From: Malacoraja senta
Lineage: Eukaryota
Direction of reading: 5' to 3'
Assembly: GCA_038087875.1 (NCBI GenBank)
Contig: JAXLNO010003819.1
Coordinates: forward strand, 62,001-126,000
DNA: 64,000 nt
In this document: positions 1 through 10,960 of the stretch, piece by piece
Layout: each line of letters opens with the position of its first letter
How positions within the stretch are numbered: the first letter of the stretch is position 1
The notes under the pieces: model-generated
Seen by the model: only the letters and a program-made list of their open reading frames with translations
Told to the model about the DNA's origin: nothing
The model's database searches: none
Translations under genes and position numbers: made by a program

Positions 1-203
1 CAGTACGATGGAACGGGTTGGATTATCTTTAAAGATAAATTTATTCGGTAATTCCCAGCGCCTTTCCGCCCATCTTTATTTAGCTTTTAGGGGAGGGGTA
101 TGTTTGATGTCATTGTACCTCATATCAGTATGAGGATGAGGGGTATTCTGAAGTATGAGCTGAGTTAGGTGATGTTGTGTTATTTATCCCCGGACTCTTG
201 CAG

Positions 204-510
204 GGAATTGTCGAGGCGACGCCGTTTCTCAGTCAACGGCAGCGGTTACAGTGAGTGAAGGGGATGATACAAAATTGAGCTGCAACTATACAGCTACAAG
301 CACGGTCACTCCTGGACTGATCTGGTACCGTCGGTATCCCGGCGGATCCCTTGAGTTTCTTCTGCTGAGAACGACATTCAAAGGCGGCCAGAAGAACAAT
401 GCTGGAGAACGTTTTTCTGCGGAGCTCAACCATTCGACAGGAACGGTCCCGCTGACGGTATCACAAACGCGGCTCCGAGACGCGGCAATGTATTACTGCG
501 CCCTGAGCCC
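204..510 (+). CDS. TRAV: TCR alpha-type V segment V1 (family A), V exon; leader lies upstream of the window
   Basis: Acceptor ttgcag ends at 203. Phase-1 exon reads NCRGDAVSQSTAAVTVSEGDDTKLSC..WYRRYPG..DAAMYYCALS, with Cys23, Trp41 and YYC, and is followed directly by an RSS. The symbol is family-level only. Confidence 0.93.
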
Positions 511-549
511 CACGGTGGCGCAGAATTGGGCTGAGCCTGCACAAAAACT
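511..549 (+). other. 23-RSS of V1
   Basis: CACGGTG (511-517) + 23 nt + ACAAAAACT (541-549). Confidence 0.93.
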
Positions 550-1003
550 ACCAGTGCACCCACTCATGTATCACCGCGTAAACACAACTTTCTCAGCATC
601 GGCGCGTCCTCGTTGATTGCTGCACCCGTCCCATCGCCAGTGTGTTTGCTGTCATTAATACTCGATTTTTAAATATTAAAAAACCCATGACAATTGGGTT
701 GAAGAATAGCTTCTAACAAACAAATATTAGGTTCTTGAACACTACACAGCACTAACAGAAGAACTATGAAATGTCTGCGGTTGCATTAAGCATTTCATGC
801 ATCTTATGCACATGGACCTGGTTGTTAATTTATTGAATTTTGTTTATTGTATATTATACTTCAGGCCTTGCCTGTCCTGTGACGCCATGGAACAGAAAAA
901 AGGAGGGTTGAGATGATTGGCCAACAAAAGCAATGGTGTGATTGGCGGAATTAAGAAACTGAGTTAATTCGGGGAGTTGGAGAACAAATTAGCTCCGCGC
1001 CGA

Positions 1004-1015
1004 CAGGATGTGACG
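1004..1015 (+). promoter_or_regulatory. Candidate ETS-CRE composite motif in the V2 promoter
   Basis: CAGGATGTGACG ~120 nt upstream of the leader ATG. ATTGG boxes at 916 and 941 and a CCAAT at 1030. Paralogous motifs at 2477 (mutated) and 3947. Confidence 0.5.
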
Positions 1016-1134
1016 CTGTCACGAATAAGCCAATGAATGAAGAGCCTAGACCACAGCTCTTTCACAATATCAGATTAAACCTGTTTCCGGGTGAGCGCAT
1101 TTCAGTTCATATTCACTCTCAATGCAATTACAAC

Positions 1135-1992
1135 ATGCTGGCCTTGACAATGTATTGGCTTCTTACAGCTGCAGCTCTCTTAACCGGTAAGTTCCCGACG
1201 TTTCCAATAATGTAGGGCATGATATTTAAGCAACCAAATACCTTGAATGCAACAGAACGACTTTAGAAAAGGAGTCCGTCTGAGGACAGTAAACGATGAG
1301 CGCAGTAGGATAAAAGATGCAGTTTCACAGTAATTGATGTTCGGAAATTTGATGTGAGTTTCCACGTTAATTGTTGGAAAGCAGCCCCGACGGAGAAGCA
1401 TCGAAGCGTTAGAACCCACCGGTGGTCCCCGTACGAGTGCTCTACGATTCCCCTTTTCCTCCCCGGAAGCAATAACAACGTCCAGTACGATGGAACGGGT
1501 TGGATTATCTTTAAAGATAAATTTATTCGGTAATTCCCAGCGCCTTTCCGCCCAGCTTTATTTAGCTTTTAGGGGAGGGGTATGTTTGATGTCATTGTAC
1601 CTCATATCAGTATGAGGATGAGGGGTATTCTGAAGTATGAGCTGAGTTAGGTGATGTTGTGTTATTTATCCCCGGACTCTTGCAGGGAATTGTCGAGGCG
1701 ACGCCGTTTCTCAGTCAACGGCAGCGGTTACAGTGAGTGAAGGGGATGATACAAAATTGAGCTGCAACTATACAGCTACAAGCACGGTCACTCCTGGACT
1801 GATCTGGTACCGTCGGTATCCCGGCGGATCCCTTGAGTTTCTGCTGCTCAGAACGAAAATCGAAGCCGTCCAGAAGAACAATGCTGGAGAACGTTTTTCT
1901 GCGGAGCTCAACCATTCGACAGGAACGGTCCCGCTGACGGTATCACAAACGCGGCTCCGAGACGCGGCAATGTATTACTGCGCCCTGAACCC
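1135..1992 (+). CDS. TRAV: TCR alpha-type V segment V2 (family A), intact
   Basis: Leader 1135-1186 (MLALTMYWLLTAAALLT-G|gtaagt), intron 1187-1685, V exon 1686-1992 open with C, W and YYC. Confidence 0.94.
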
Positions 1993-2031
1993 CACGGTGG
2001 CGCAGAATTGGGCTGAGCCTGCACAAAAACT
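1993..2031 (+). other. 23-RSS of V2
   Basis: CACGGTG + 23 nt + ACAAAAACT. Confidence 0.93.
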
Positions 2032-2607
2032 ACCAGTGCACCCACTCATGTATCACCGCGTAAACACAACTTTCTCAGCATCGGCGCGTCCTCGTTGATT
2101 GCTGCACCCGTCCCATCGCCAGTGTCATTAATACTCGATTTTTAAATATTAAAAAACCCATGACAATTGGGTTGAAGAATAGCTTCTAACAAACAAATAT
2201 TAGGTTCTTGAACACTACACAGCACTAACAGAAGAACTATGAAATGTCTTCGGTTGCATTAAGCATTTCATGCATCTTATGCACATGGACTTGGTTGTTA
2301 ATTTATTGAATTTTGTTTATTGTATATTATACTTCAGGCCTTGCCCCTCCTGTGACGCCATGGAACAGAAAAAAGGAGGGTTGAGATGATTGGCCAACAA
2401 AAGCAATGGTGTGATTGGCGGAATTAAGAAACTGAGTTAATTCGGGGAGTTGGAGAACAAATTAGCTCCGCGCCGACAGGATGAGACGCTGTCACGAATA
2501 AGCCAATGAATGAAGAGCCTAGACCACAGCTCTTTCACAATATCAGATTAAACCTGTTTCCGGGTGAGCGCATTTCAGTTCATATTCACTCTCAATGCAA
2601 TTACAAC

Positions 2608-3465
2608 ATGCTGGCCTTGACAATGTATTGGCTTCTTACAGCTGCAGCTCTCTTAACCGGTAAGTTCACGACGTTTCCAATAATGTAGGGCATGATATTT
2701 AAGCAACCAAATACCTTGAATGCAACAGAACGACTTTAGAAAAGGAGTCCGTCTGAGGACAGTAAACGATGAGCGCAGTAGGATAAAAGATGCAGTTTCA
2801 CAGTAATTGATGTTCGGAAATTTGATGTGAGTTTGCACGTTAATTGTTGGAAAGCAGCCCCGACGGAGAAGCATCGAAGCGTTAGAACACACCGGTGGTC
2901 CCCGTACGAGTGCTCTACGATTCCCCTTTTCCTCCCCGGAAGCAATAACAACGTCCAGTACGATGGAACGGGCTGGATTATCTTTAAAGATAAATTTATT
3001 CGGTAATTCCCAGCGCCTTTCCGCCCATCTTTATTTAGCTTTTAGGGGAGGGGTATGTTTGATGTCATTGTACCTCATATCAGTATGAGGATGAGGGGTA
3101 TTCTGAAGTATGAGCTGAGTTAGGTGATGTTGTGTTATTTATCCCCGGACTCTTGCAGGGAATTGTCGAGGCGACGCCGTTTCTCAGTCAACGGCAGCGG
3201 TTACAGTGAGTGAAGGGGATGATACAAAATTGAGCTGCAACTATACAGCTACAAGCACGGTCACTCCTGGACTGATCTGGTACCGTCGGTATCCCGGCGG
3301 ATCCCTTGAGTTTCTTCTGCTGAGAACGACATTCAAAGGCGGCCAGAAGAGCAATGCCGGGGAACGTTTTTCTGCGGAGCTCAAACATTTGAGAGGAACG
3401 GTCCCGCTGACCGTGTCACAAATGCGGCTCCGAGACTCGGCGATGTATTACTGCGCTCCGAACCC
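2608..3465 (+). CDS. TRAV: TCR alpha-type V segment V3 (family A), intact
   Basis: Leader 2608-2659, intron 2660-3158, V exon 3159-3465 ending DSAMYYCAPN. Confidence 0.92.
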
Positions 3466-3504
3466 CACGGTAGCGCAGAAATGGGCTGAGCCTGTACAAA
3501 AATT
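3466..3504 (+). other. 23-RSS of V3 (non-consensus)
   Basis: CACGGTA + 23 nt + ACAAAAATT. Confidence 0.88.
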
Positions 3505-4077
3505 ATCTGAGAACCCCGTCAGGAATCAGCGCGTAAGCGCAGCTTTGTCAGCATCGGCGCGTCCTCGTTGATTGCTGCACCCGTCCCAACGCCAGTGTGG
3601 TTGCTGCCATTAATACTCGATTTTTAAACATTAAAAACCCATGACAATTGAGTTGAACAATAGCTTCTAACAAACAGACATTAGGTTCGTGAACACTCCA
3701 CAGCACTAACAGATGAACTATGAACTGTCTGTGGTTGCATTAAGCAGTTCATAACTTATGCACATGGACTAGGTTGTTAATTGATTGAATTGTGTTTATT
3801 ATTTCTCATACTGCATACGATGACGCCATGGGACAGAACGCAAAGGAGGTTTGAGATGATTGGGCAACAAATGCAGGGATGTGATTGGCGGAATTAAGAA
3901 ACTGAGTTATTACGGGGAGTTGGAGAACAAATTAGCTCCGCGCCGACGGGATGTGACGCTGTCAAGAATAAGCCAACGAATGAAGAACCTAGACCACAGC
4001 CCTTTCACAATATCAGATTAAACCTGTTTCCGGGTGAGCGCATTTCAGTTCATATTCACTCTCAATGCAATTACAAC

Positions 4078-4909
4078 ATGCTGGCCGTGACAATTTATTG
4101 GCTTCTTACAGCTGCAGCTCTTTTAACGGGTAAGTACAAGACGTTTCCAAGCCTGAATATTATATTACTGTAGGGCATGGTATTTAATCAATAAAATGCC
4201 TTGCATGCAATGGAATGACTTTAGAAAGTGAGTCAGTGAGGGAACAATAAACGAAGAGTACAATAAGAATATAGATGCAGTTCCGACCAAAGTGCTGTAA
4301 GGATTTTGAGATGAGTTTCCAGGTATATTAGACCACGCTCGTGTTCTAAGGTCGTGCGCTCAGCAATTCCTCTCCTCCTCCCGAGATGCAATGATGACGA
4401 GCAGGTGGCGATGGAAAGGGGTGGATGATTTTTAAATATAGTTTCATTCGGTAATTCACAGCCCGTTTTCTCCCACCTTCATTTAGGTTTGAGTGCAGGG
4501 AGATCTTTGTTGCCGTTCTACCTCAGATCAGTACCAGGATAAGGTGAGCGTGAGCAGAATGCGGTGATATTCTTGTTTTTAACTCCGTTCCCGGACTCTT
4601 GCAGAGCATTGTCGAGGCGACGCCGTTTCTCAGACACCAGTAGTGGTAACAATGAGCGAAGGGGATGATGCCCAGTTGAACTGCAACTATACAGCTACAA
4701 GCACGAACAATCTTGTATTAATATGGTACCGGCAGTATCCCGGCGGATCCCTTCAATTTCTGGTTCAGAACGAAATTCGAAGCCGCCCAGAAGAACAGTG
4801 CTGGAGAACGTTTGGCTGCGGAGCTCAACCATTTGACAGGAACAGTCCCGCTGACTGTGTCGCAAACGCGGCTCCGAGACGCGGCGACGTATTACTGCGC
4901 CCTGAGTCC
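4078..4909 (+). pseudogene. TRAV: TCR alpha-type V pseudogene V4 (family A)
   Basis: Leader 4078-4129 intact. The V exon 4605-4909 is 305 nt versus 307 nt in paralogs. A 2-nt deletion after FL (tttctg-gt-tcag versus tttctg-ctgc-tcag) shifts the frame; YYC appears in the other frame (ORF 4812..5003). Confidence 0.92.
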
Positions 4910-4936
4910 CACGCAGGCAGCGATTGTACATAAACT
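4910..4936 (+). other. Degenerate RSS of V4 with an 11-nt spacer
   Basis: CACGCAG + GCAGCGATTGT + ACATAAACT; net 12-nt loss relative to the V1/V2 RSS. Confidence 0.7.
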
Positions 4937-5759
4937 ACCAGACCACGCAGTCAAGTATCAGCGCGTAAGCACAACTTTGTCAACATGGGCGCGTCCTCGC
5001 TGATTGCTGTACCCGTCCCAACCCGTCCCATGCCATTAATACCGGATTTTTTAAATATTAGAACCACCCTACAATTGGGTTGAAGAATACACACAGGCCT
5101 CTAATGCGGCTGCAAGTAACAATGTCATTCATCCATTGTTGTTTAAACAGGCTTCACGGTCACCCTTGCGTCTTGATCCAAAGGTCCTCAGCAGGTCTTT
5201 TGAGAACCTGCTCCCCTGCCCACTCGACCTTTAAATTCCAGATCGCAGCTACTCACGACCTGATGGAAAGCATAATTTACACATATTGAGTAAGAGCATG
5301 AACTTCCTTCAAGCATATGATTGAGCGTGGACATCTTGCTCTCATTCGCAATTGATCATTCAATGAAATGCACATAAAACGTTAACTTTAAATTTGACAT
5401 ATTACTTCAGAACCTCGAGCAAGACTCAAAGTTGTGGAGTAACTCATAGCGTCAGGCACCACACTATTGGGCATGGGAAAGCGATGTTTCGGGTCAGGAC
5501 AATTCTTCAAGGTCGTGTGGACGATGTCATCCAGGAATGGTCCCTGAACCGCTGTTATTTCAGCACTTGATGATTAGCTCAGAATTCCGGTATGTACAGT
5601 TGCTTTTTTCTTATCTTTTTTTCACGTCCTCCTCGCCCGAGGCACAGCGCCCCCCTGTGGATTATTCGGTAGCGAGAATCTCACCTCCTGGGTGCGAGAA
5701 ACCGCTGTGACAGGTGACGAGCGGTCGGCTGCACTACTTCCCCAGGAAGCGCATTTGGA

Positions 5760-6500
5760 TTTGCAGTACCACCTTATCCGAGGGCAACGCTAGCACAAAC
5801 TAAGCGACCCTTTGATGTCCATCTATTCTCTGTCCGCTACGGACACCCGGCGCTCCCGGTTGCTAATTCTATACGCCTCACCATTCCCAAGCCAACCTGC
5901 CATTTCCTTGGCTTTCTCCACTGCTAGCGTGAGGCCAAACGGAAAAAAGAGGAACTTTAAGTCACATGGTAGTATGCAGGCGGACGGTATGAGCAATGGA
6001 TTCTATAATTCTGGGCAACTCTGCTCCATCGGGCCCTTTATCCAACCACAGGCACCCACTCATATAAATCCTTCACAAAACACCGCGTTCCTTGTCACAC
6101 AACCTCCCCTACATCATCTGTCCAACCTCTGCACATTCCTTCCAATGGGTACCGTACCCTGACTATTCCCACCTGCCCACCCCAGGCAGATTTTCGCCCA
6201 TATTCCACCTTCCTTTCTCATGTGATTCCATCCCCTACAGCCCCTGTTAGCGCTACCAATCACGTCACAGCCTTTGTTATCTTCCCCGTCCCCCCCGTCC
6301 CCCGGCTGGTTCCGGCCACCAATCCATCTCTTATCACTTTGATCCACCAGTCGCACGCCAGGCTTTATCACATCGCTGACACATTGAAGATGGATATCTC
6401 TCCTCCACCCCTTCACTCCAGAGGAAGGATCTCGACCAGAAACTGTGTATTCCTTCCACGGATGCCGCCTGAACAGTCAGTAGTTTGTTTTATTTTGCAT
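5760..6500 (+). mobile_element. Degenerate Penelope-like element 3' fragment
   Basis: Decayed GIY-YIG C-terminal-like coding (..LGFLHC..EAKRK..) followed by a pyrimidine-rich tail; boundaries approximate. Confidence 0.5.
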
Positions 6501-7302
6501 AACAGATCGGTTCTACAGTGGTACGAAGATTGAATATTTTCTTCCCTTAAGTAAACATTCATTGTTCCAACTCGGCCTTCCGCTATTACCACTAGCAACA
6601 TGAACGAACTGAGCAAGTGACATTTCTTAAATAATGTAGTAATTCCGTGCCCTGGATTAATTTGAATGCAGAGACACAGGAAACTACAGATGCTGGAAAC
6701 TTGAGCAAACCTCAAAGCACTGGCGGAAATCAACCGACTGGGGAGGATCTTTCAGGGGAATGTCTGACTCGTTGAATTACTCGACTATTATGCATTTCAT
6801 TCCTTTTTGTTTGAATGATTTCATTCACCTTTAGTTGACACCGTTAATGGAAATGCCGTTTGCAATTATACCCTTTTAGGGAAAATGTTGTACATTGTAA
6901 GGAATGAGATTTGTTTGGCTTGGCATTTTCTTCGGTACCGTCGGGCCAAGGGGGGCATTCCTGCGCTGTGCCTTTCTATGAACTATGTTATATGCTGTTC
7001 GTCATCTTTTTTTGTGTTGAACGTTGATTTCCTCCAAAGTTTCTGCAGTTCCGCCTGTGATTTGTCGTTGTGCATCATACGTAACGGATTTACTGCGCGC
7101 TATTTCGCCTTTCTACTTGTCAGCGTGGAATACGATCAGATATTCCGCGTTATACCCGTATCGCTGAAAATCGGGAGGGAGAGAGGTAAAAGGACCGGAA
7201 GCTAATGCGGGGAATACAGATGCAGAGATACACAGAGAAACAGGGAAAGGTTATTGATTTTATTGGAAAGTTTGAGAGAGAAGGGGAAGCATAAGGGAGG
7301 TG

Positions 7303-7512
7303 NNNNNNNNNNNNNNNNNNNNNNNNNNNNNNNNNNNNNNNNNNNNNNNNNNNNNNNNNNNNNNNNNNNNNNNNNNNNNNNNNNNNNNNNNNNNNNNNNN
7401 NNNNNNNNNNNNNNNNNNNNNNNNNNNNNNNNNNNNNNNNNNNNNNNNNNNNNNNNNNNNNNNNNNNNNNNNNNNNNNNNNNNNNNNNNNNNNNNNNNNN
7501 NNNNNNNNNNNN
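7303..7512. other. Assembly gap
   Basis: 210 consecutive N. Confidence 1.
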
Positions 7513-7946
7513 GGAATGAAATAGGCGAGAGACGGAGAAAGGGGGAATTAGGTGCAAATATATAGAGCGAGAACTAGAGCGAGGCTGTTGATAAGAACAA
7601 AGTTGATGAGGACAATCGCTGGAAATTAAAAGTCTTCGGGACTCGCAGCGAAGGCTGTGAATTTGTGACAAATACAACAATGACCACGATGGGGGTAGGG
7701 AGCCAAGTCGGCGTAAACATTCAGATATTGCAGAAAGAGCAGGAGGGAGCAGATGTTGTGTATAGAAAGACGTATATTGTGAATACGTTGAAGTCAGTGA
7801 GAGCGAAACAACAGCGGAAGCTGCAGAAGGCGCAGAGGACAAGAGAAACCGAGTGGATGTGGGATGAGTTTTCATGGCGGCGGGAAACCACAAATAGCAT
7901 GCGCGCTGCAGATTTATATCGGCTCAGAAAGCAAAGCAGAAGCTGA

Positions 7947-7984
7947 TGTTTTTGTAGGAAGGTTTGACTGGTTTCATCACTGTG
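7947..7984 (-). other. RSS of V5 (22-nt spacer)
   Basis: CACAGTG + 22 nt + ACAAAAACA on the minus strand. Confidence 0.9.
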
Positions 7985-8737
7985 CTCCTCAGAGCGCAGT
8001 AATAAACTGCGGAGTCGCTCAGCTGCAGCCCCGAAAGGGTTAAGCTAGTGAATTTTGTTTCCGTCTGCAGCTGGGCAGAGAAGCGAGCACGGGCAAAATC
8101 TGCTTTATCCTCTCTACTTCCTGAATATTTCGACAGTATGAATTCGGGTCCTGAGTCTGGAATATGCCGATACCAATATAAGAAGTAGTTCTGGACAGCG
8201 GTAGCGTAGGTGCAGCTGAACGTCACCGACTCTCCTATTTTTTTCTGTGCAGAAGCCAGCGACTGTGTGACGGAATCTCCGTGACTGGGATCTGAAGAAC
8301 ACACGGATTCGGTTTGGTTTTATTATTGTCATACATGCAACGAGATACGCGGAAGACCTTTGTACTACAAGCTATCAAAACGGATCAGATAATACAATAC
8401 ATAAATACAATCAAATCAAACGCATGTACAACAGGCAGAGCAAAGGGGAAGATAGATAATGCAGAATATAATCCTGATTTTACACATTTCAATGTCCACA
8501 TGGAGTAAAGGTGAATCAGACAGTACCCTAGCTTATGGAAGTGAATTGCACAGTATCCCCGCTAATGGAGGTGTATCGGGACAATACCCGAGCTATACTT
8601 TCATATGGGGGAAATTAGACCGGTTCAAGTCGCAACTCGGATTGCAATCACTTTCACATGAAAGCGCATGGACTGTTTGTTGGAGATTTACCTGTCAGAC
8701 ATGCTCCACACACAAACCAGATGGCGAAGTTTCGCAT
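7985..8737 (-). CDS. TRAV: TCR alpha/delta V segment V5 (family B), intact
   Basis: Leader 8737-8692 (MRNFAIWFVCGACLT-G|gtaaat), intron 8691-8292, V exon 8291-7985 (DPSHGDSVTQ..FSCTY..WYRH..DSAVYYCALRS). Confidence 0.93.
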
Positions 8738-9847
8738 TTTCCAATGACCTCGTCGATCGAGTGCTGTGGGGCTTTCGGATCTTCTCGAGTCTCCTGTTTG
8801 CGCTGGTGGCGCTGTGACCAGCGTGAGTGGGGAGTGACTGACAGCAAATGGGAACGCCTGTGCCGAATCGCTCCAACCTCCGTACCCCGGCTACTTCAAC
8901 TTCCCCTCCAAGCCACGACACGGTCTGCGTCCTCGCGGGGAAGTGGTTCCGCTTGCAGAGATACCGGTGGGGAATAGAACCTCCTTATCCGTGTACAGGG
9001 AAGGGCTAGACCTGACAATCAAATGCGACGGCAATTTGGAACAACGAGGACTGGATCAAAATAGACATGAGCGAGTTTATCGAATGCCTGTTCAAATCGT
9101 GCTGTCTGGGGAAATCTGTCTTCGAGACGAGTCATCAAATGTGGCAATTCGCGCCAGGAATCTCAGAGAAAAGAGTTAGATCCGAAATTGCTGTGTTGCG
9201 CGTTCCACGTTATAATCGTGCAGTTTGGAGACATGGGCAATATCATGACACCAAGAAGGAGCATTTTGTGCAAATTACAGGGAGAGAATGGTAGAAGAGG
9301 TAGGGAAGGCGTATCTATTATGTGAGAGGGGGCGTGAGTGTTGTAGTCATAAACAGGGAAAGATATACAGGGTACCAACACATTGGAGTAACGGCGCTAT
9401 TCACTTCCGTTCGAAAGCTCACGTGGCGAATCTGAGGACAAAGGAAACGTATAGAAACATTTGGGAAGAAGTACAACTCGGTGTCGGCGCCGGCGCCAAA
9501 ACGTGGCCACACTTGTGTACTTCCCTCGATGAGGTCTGCGACACAATTTTACCGGGTTGTATGCAAACCAAGCATTTCACTGTACTTAGTGACAACGTGT
9601 GACAATAATTTCACGCTATCACAGAATGTCTACCTTCTAGTATTGAATTGGAAAAACTGCGAACAAATATTATACTCTGTATGACAAAAGCCTTTGAAAA
9701 AGCATGGTTAAATTAACCAGCCCAAAACATTTTGGAGTCATACAACACAAAACTAAGTCCACGACGTCCATGTCGATATTTTTGGCCATCTTCACCAATC
9801 ACGTTTGCCCGTCTTTGGACGCTAAGCTTTGCACCCATTCCCCTTGA

Positions 9848-10150
9848 GTTTAGTTTCGAGATAAACAGCGCGGAAAAAAAGGCCCTTAGGCCCACCGACC
9901 GGCGATTCCGTATATTAACACTATCCCACACACACTAGGGACAATTGTAACATTTACCAAGCCAATTCATCTACATACCTGTACGTCTTTGTAACATGGG
10001 AGGAAACAGAAGATCTCTGAGAAAACCCACCCAGGTCACGGAGAGAACGTACAAACTGCGTACAGACAGCGCCTGCAGTCGGAAACGAACTCGGATCTCC
10101 GGCGCTGCAAGCGCTGTTAAGGCTGCAACTCTACAGCTGCGTCACCTGTG
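9848..10150 (-). mobile_element. tRNA-headed SINE (HE1/V-SINE-like)
   Basis: Copy of the ~300 bp repeat seen about 10 times in the window; A/B-box-like head on the minus strand. Confidence 0.7.
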
Positions 10151-10960
10151 CCGAGTTGTTTATGTAACCCCCCTTTATGAAGGTAGTGATTTATCTGGTT
10201 CCACCCCATCCTCTGGAGGATTCTTCCCAATATCAATGACTCTCTGTGCAACGAAAACATATATTTTAGAGTTATTCTATTGCTACTTGTTCTCCACTTA
10301 ATCCATGTTTTGATTACTCTACACCCGACAGGGATATCCCCTACCGCCTCACGCGATGCTTCTCGCAACGTTACATTCTTCTGTGAAGTTACCCTTCAAC
10401 CCCTTTATTCCAGGCCAAAATAAGATCAAACTTGTTTCTTTGCTCGCGTGAAAACTGTTGGAACTGTTATCCACAAACCCGCGGACTCCCAGAGGTTATA
10501 CCTCCTCCCACTCTGCCTCTTACAGATATGATATCCTCTCCACTGAATTCTTCCATCTCCATCGAATTTGCTCCCATGATGAGGTTTCCCTCGTTCCTTT
10601 GTTGTCATATGTCCCGAATTGGAACAATGAAAGTCTTACTTGCACTAGCACCATATATATATAAACATTGTACCGTGTAAAACCCATAAAACCAACAAAA
10701 ACCTTCACTGTATGTATGTAAAAACTGAGAAATAAATGGACAATAACCAACAAAAATAGACAATAATAAGCACAACCTTCTTAATTTCTCCACACCTCTT
10801 ATACCAGCACATTATCTGATTATCGGTTACTGCAGGCAGAAATAGTTTCTCATTTTTTCCACGAAACCCTTTCACGTGTAAGATTAATATCATTAATTTT
10901 ATTAATTTTTTCTATCCCGCATTCGGCGTTGGGTGAAAATCCAACCGATTTCCGCAATTC

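Larger units (their letters stand above)
1..5050 (+). repeat. Tandem array of four ~1.48 kb units, each carrying a family A V gene
   Basis: cagtacgatggaacgg recurs at 1, 1483 and 2956. Leaders at 1135, 2608 and 4078; V exons at 204, 1686, 3159 and 4605. The fourth unit is more diverged. Confidence 0.92.

Noticed and set aside
1033-1215. 60-aa ORF as an independent protein
   Set aside because: It is the V2 leader exon plus in-frame 5' and intronic read-through; the same applies to 2506..2688.
233-3388. Repeated minus-strand ORFs (233..433, 1180..1419, 1263..1478 and copies) as genes
   Set aside because: They are antisense to V exons or lie in the leader intron, and recur only because the unit is tandemly duplicated.
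7150-7893. 247-aa ORF
   Set aside because: It spans the 210-N gap and is low-complexity S/L-rich.
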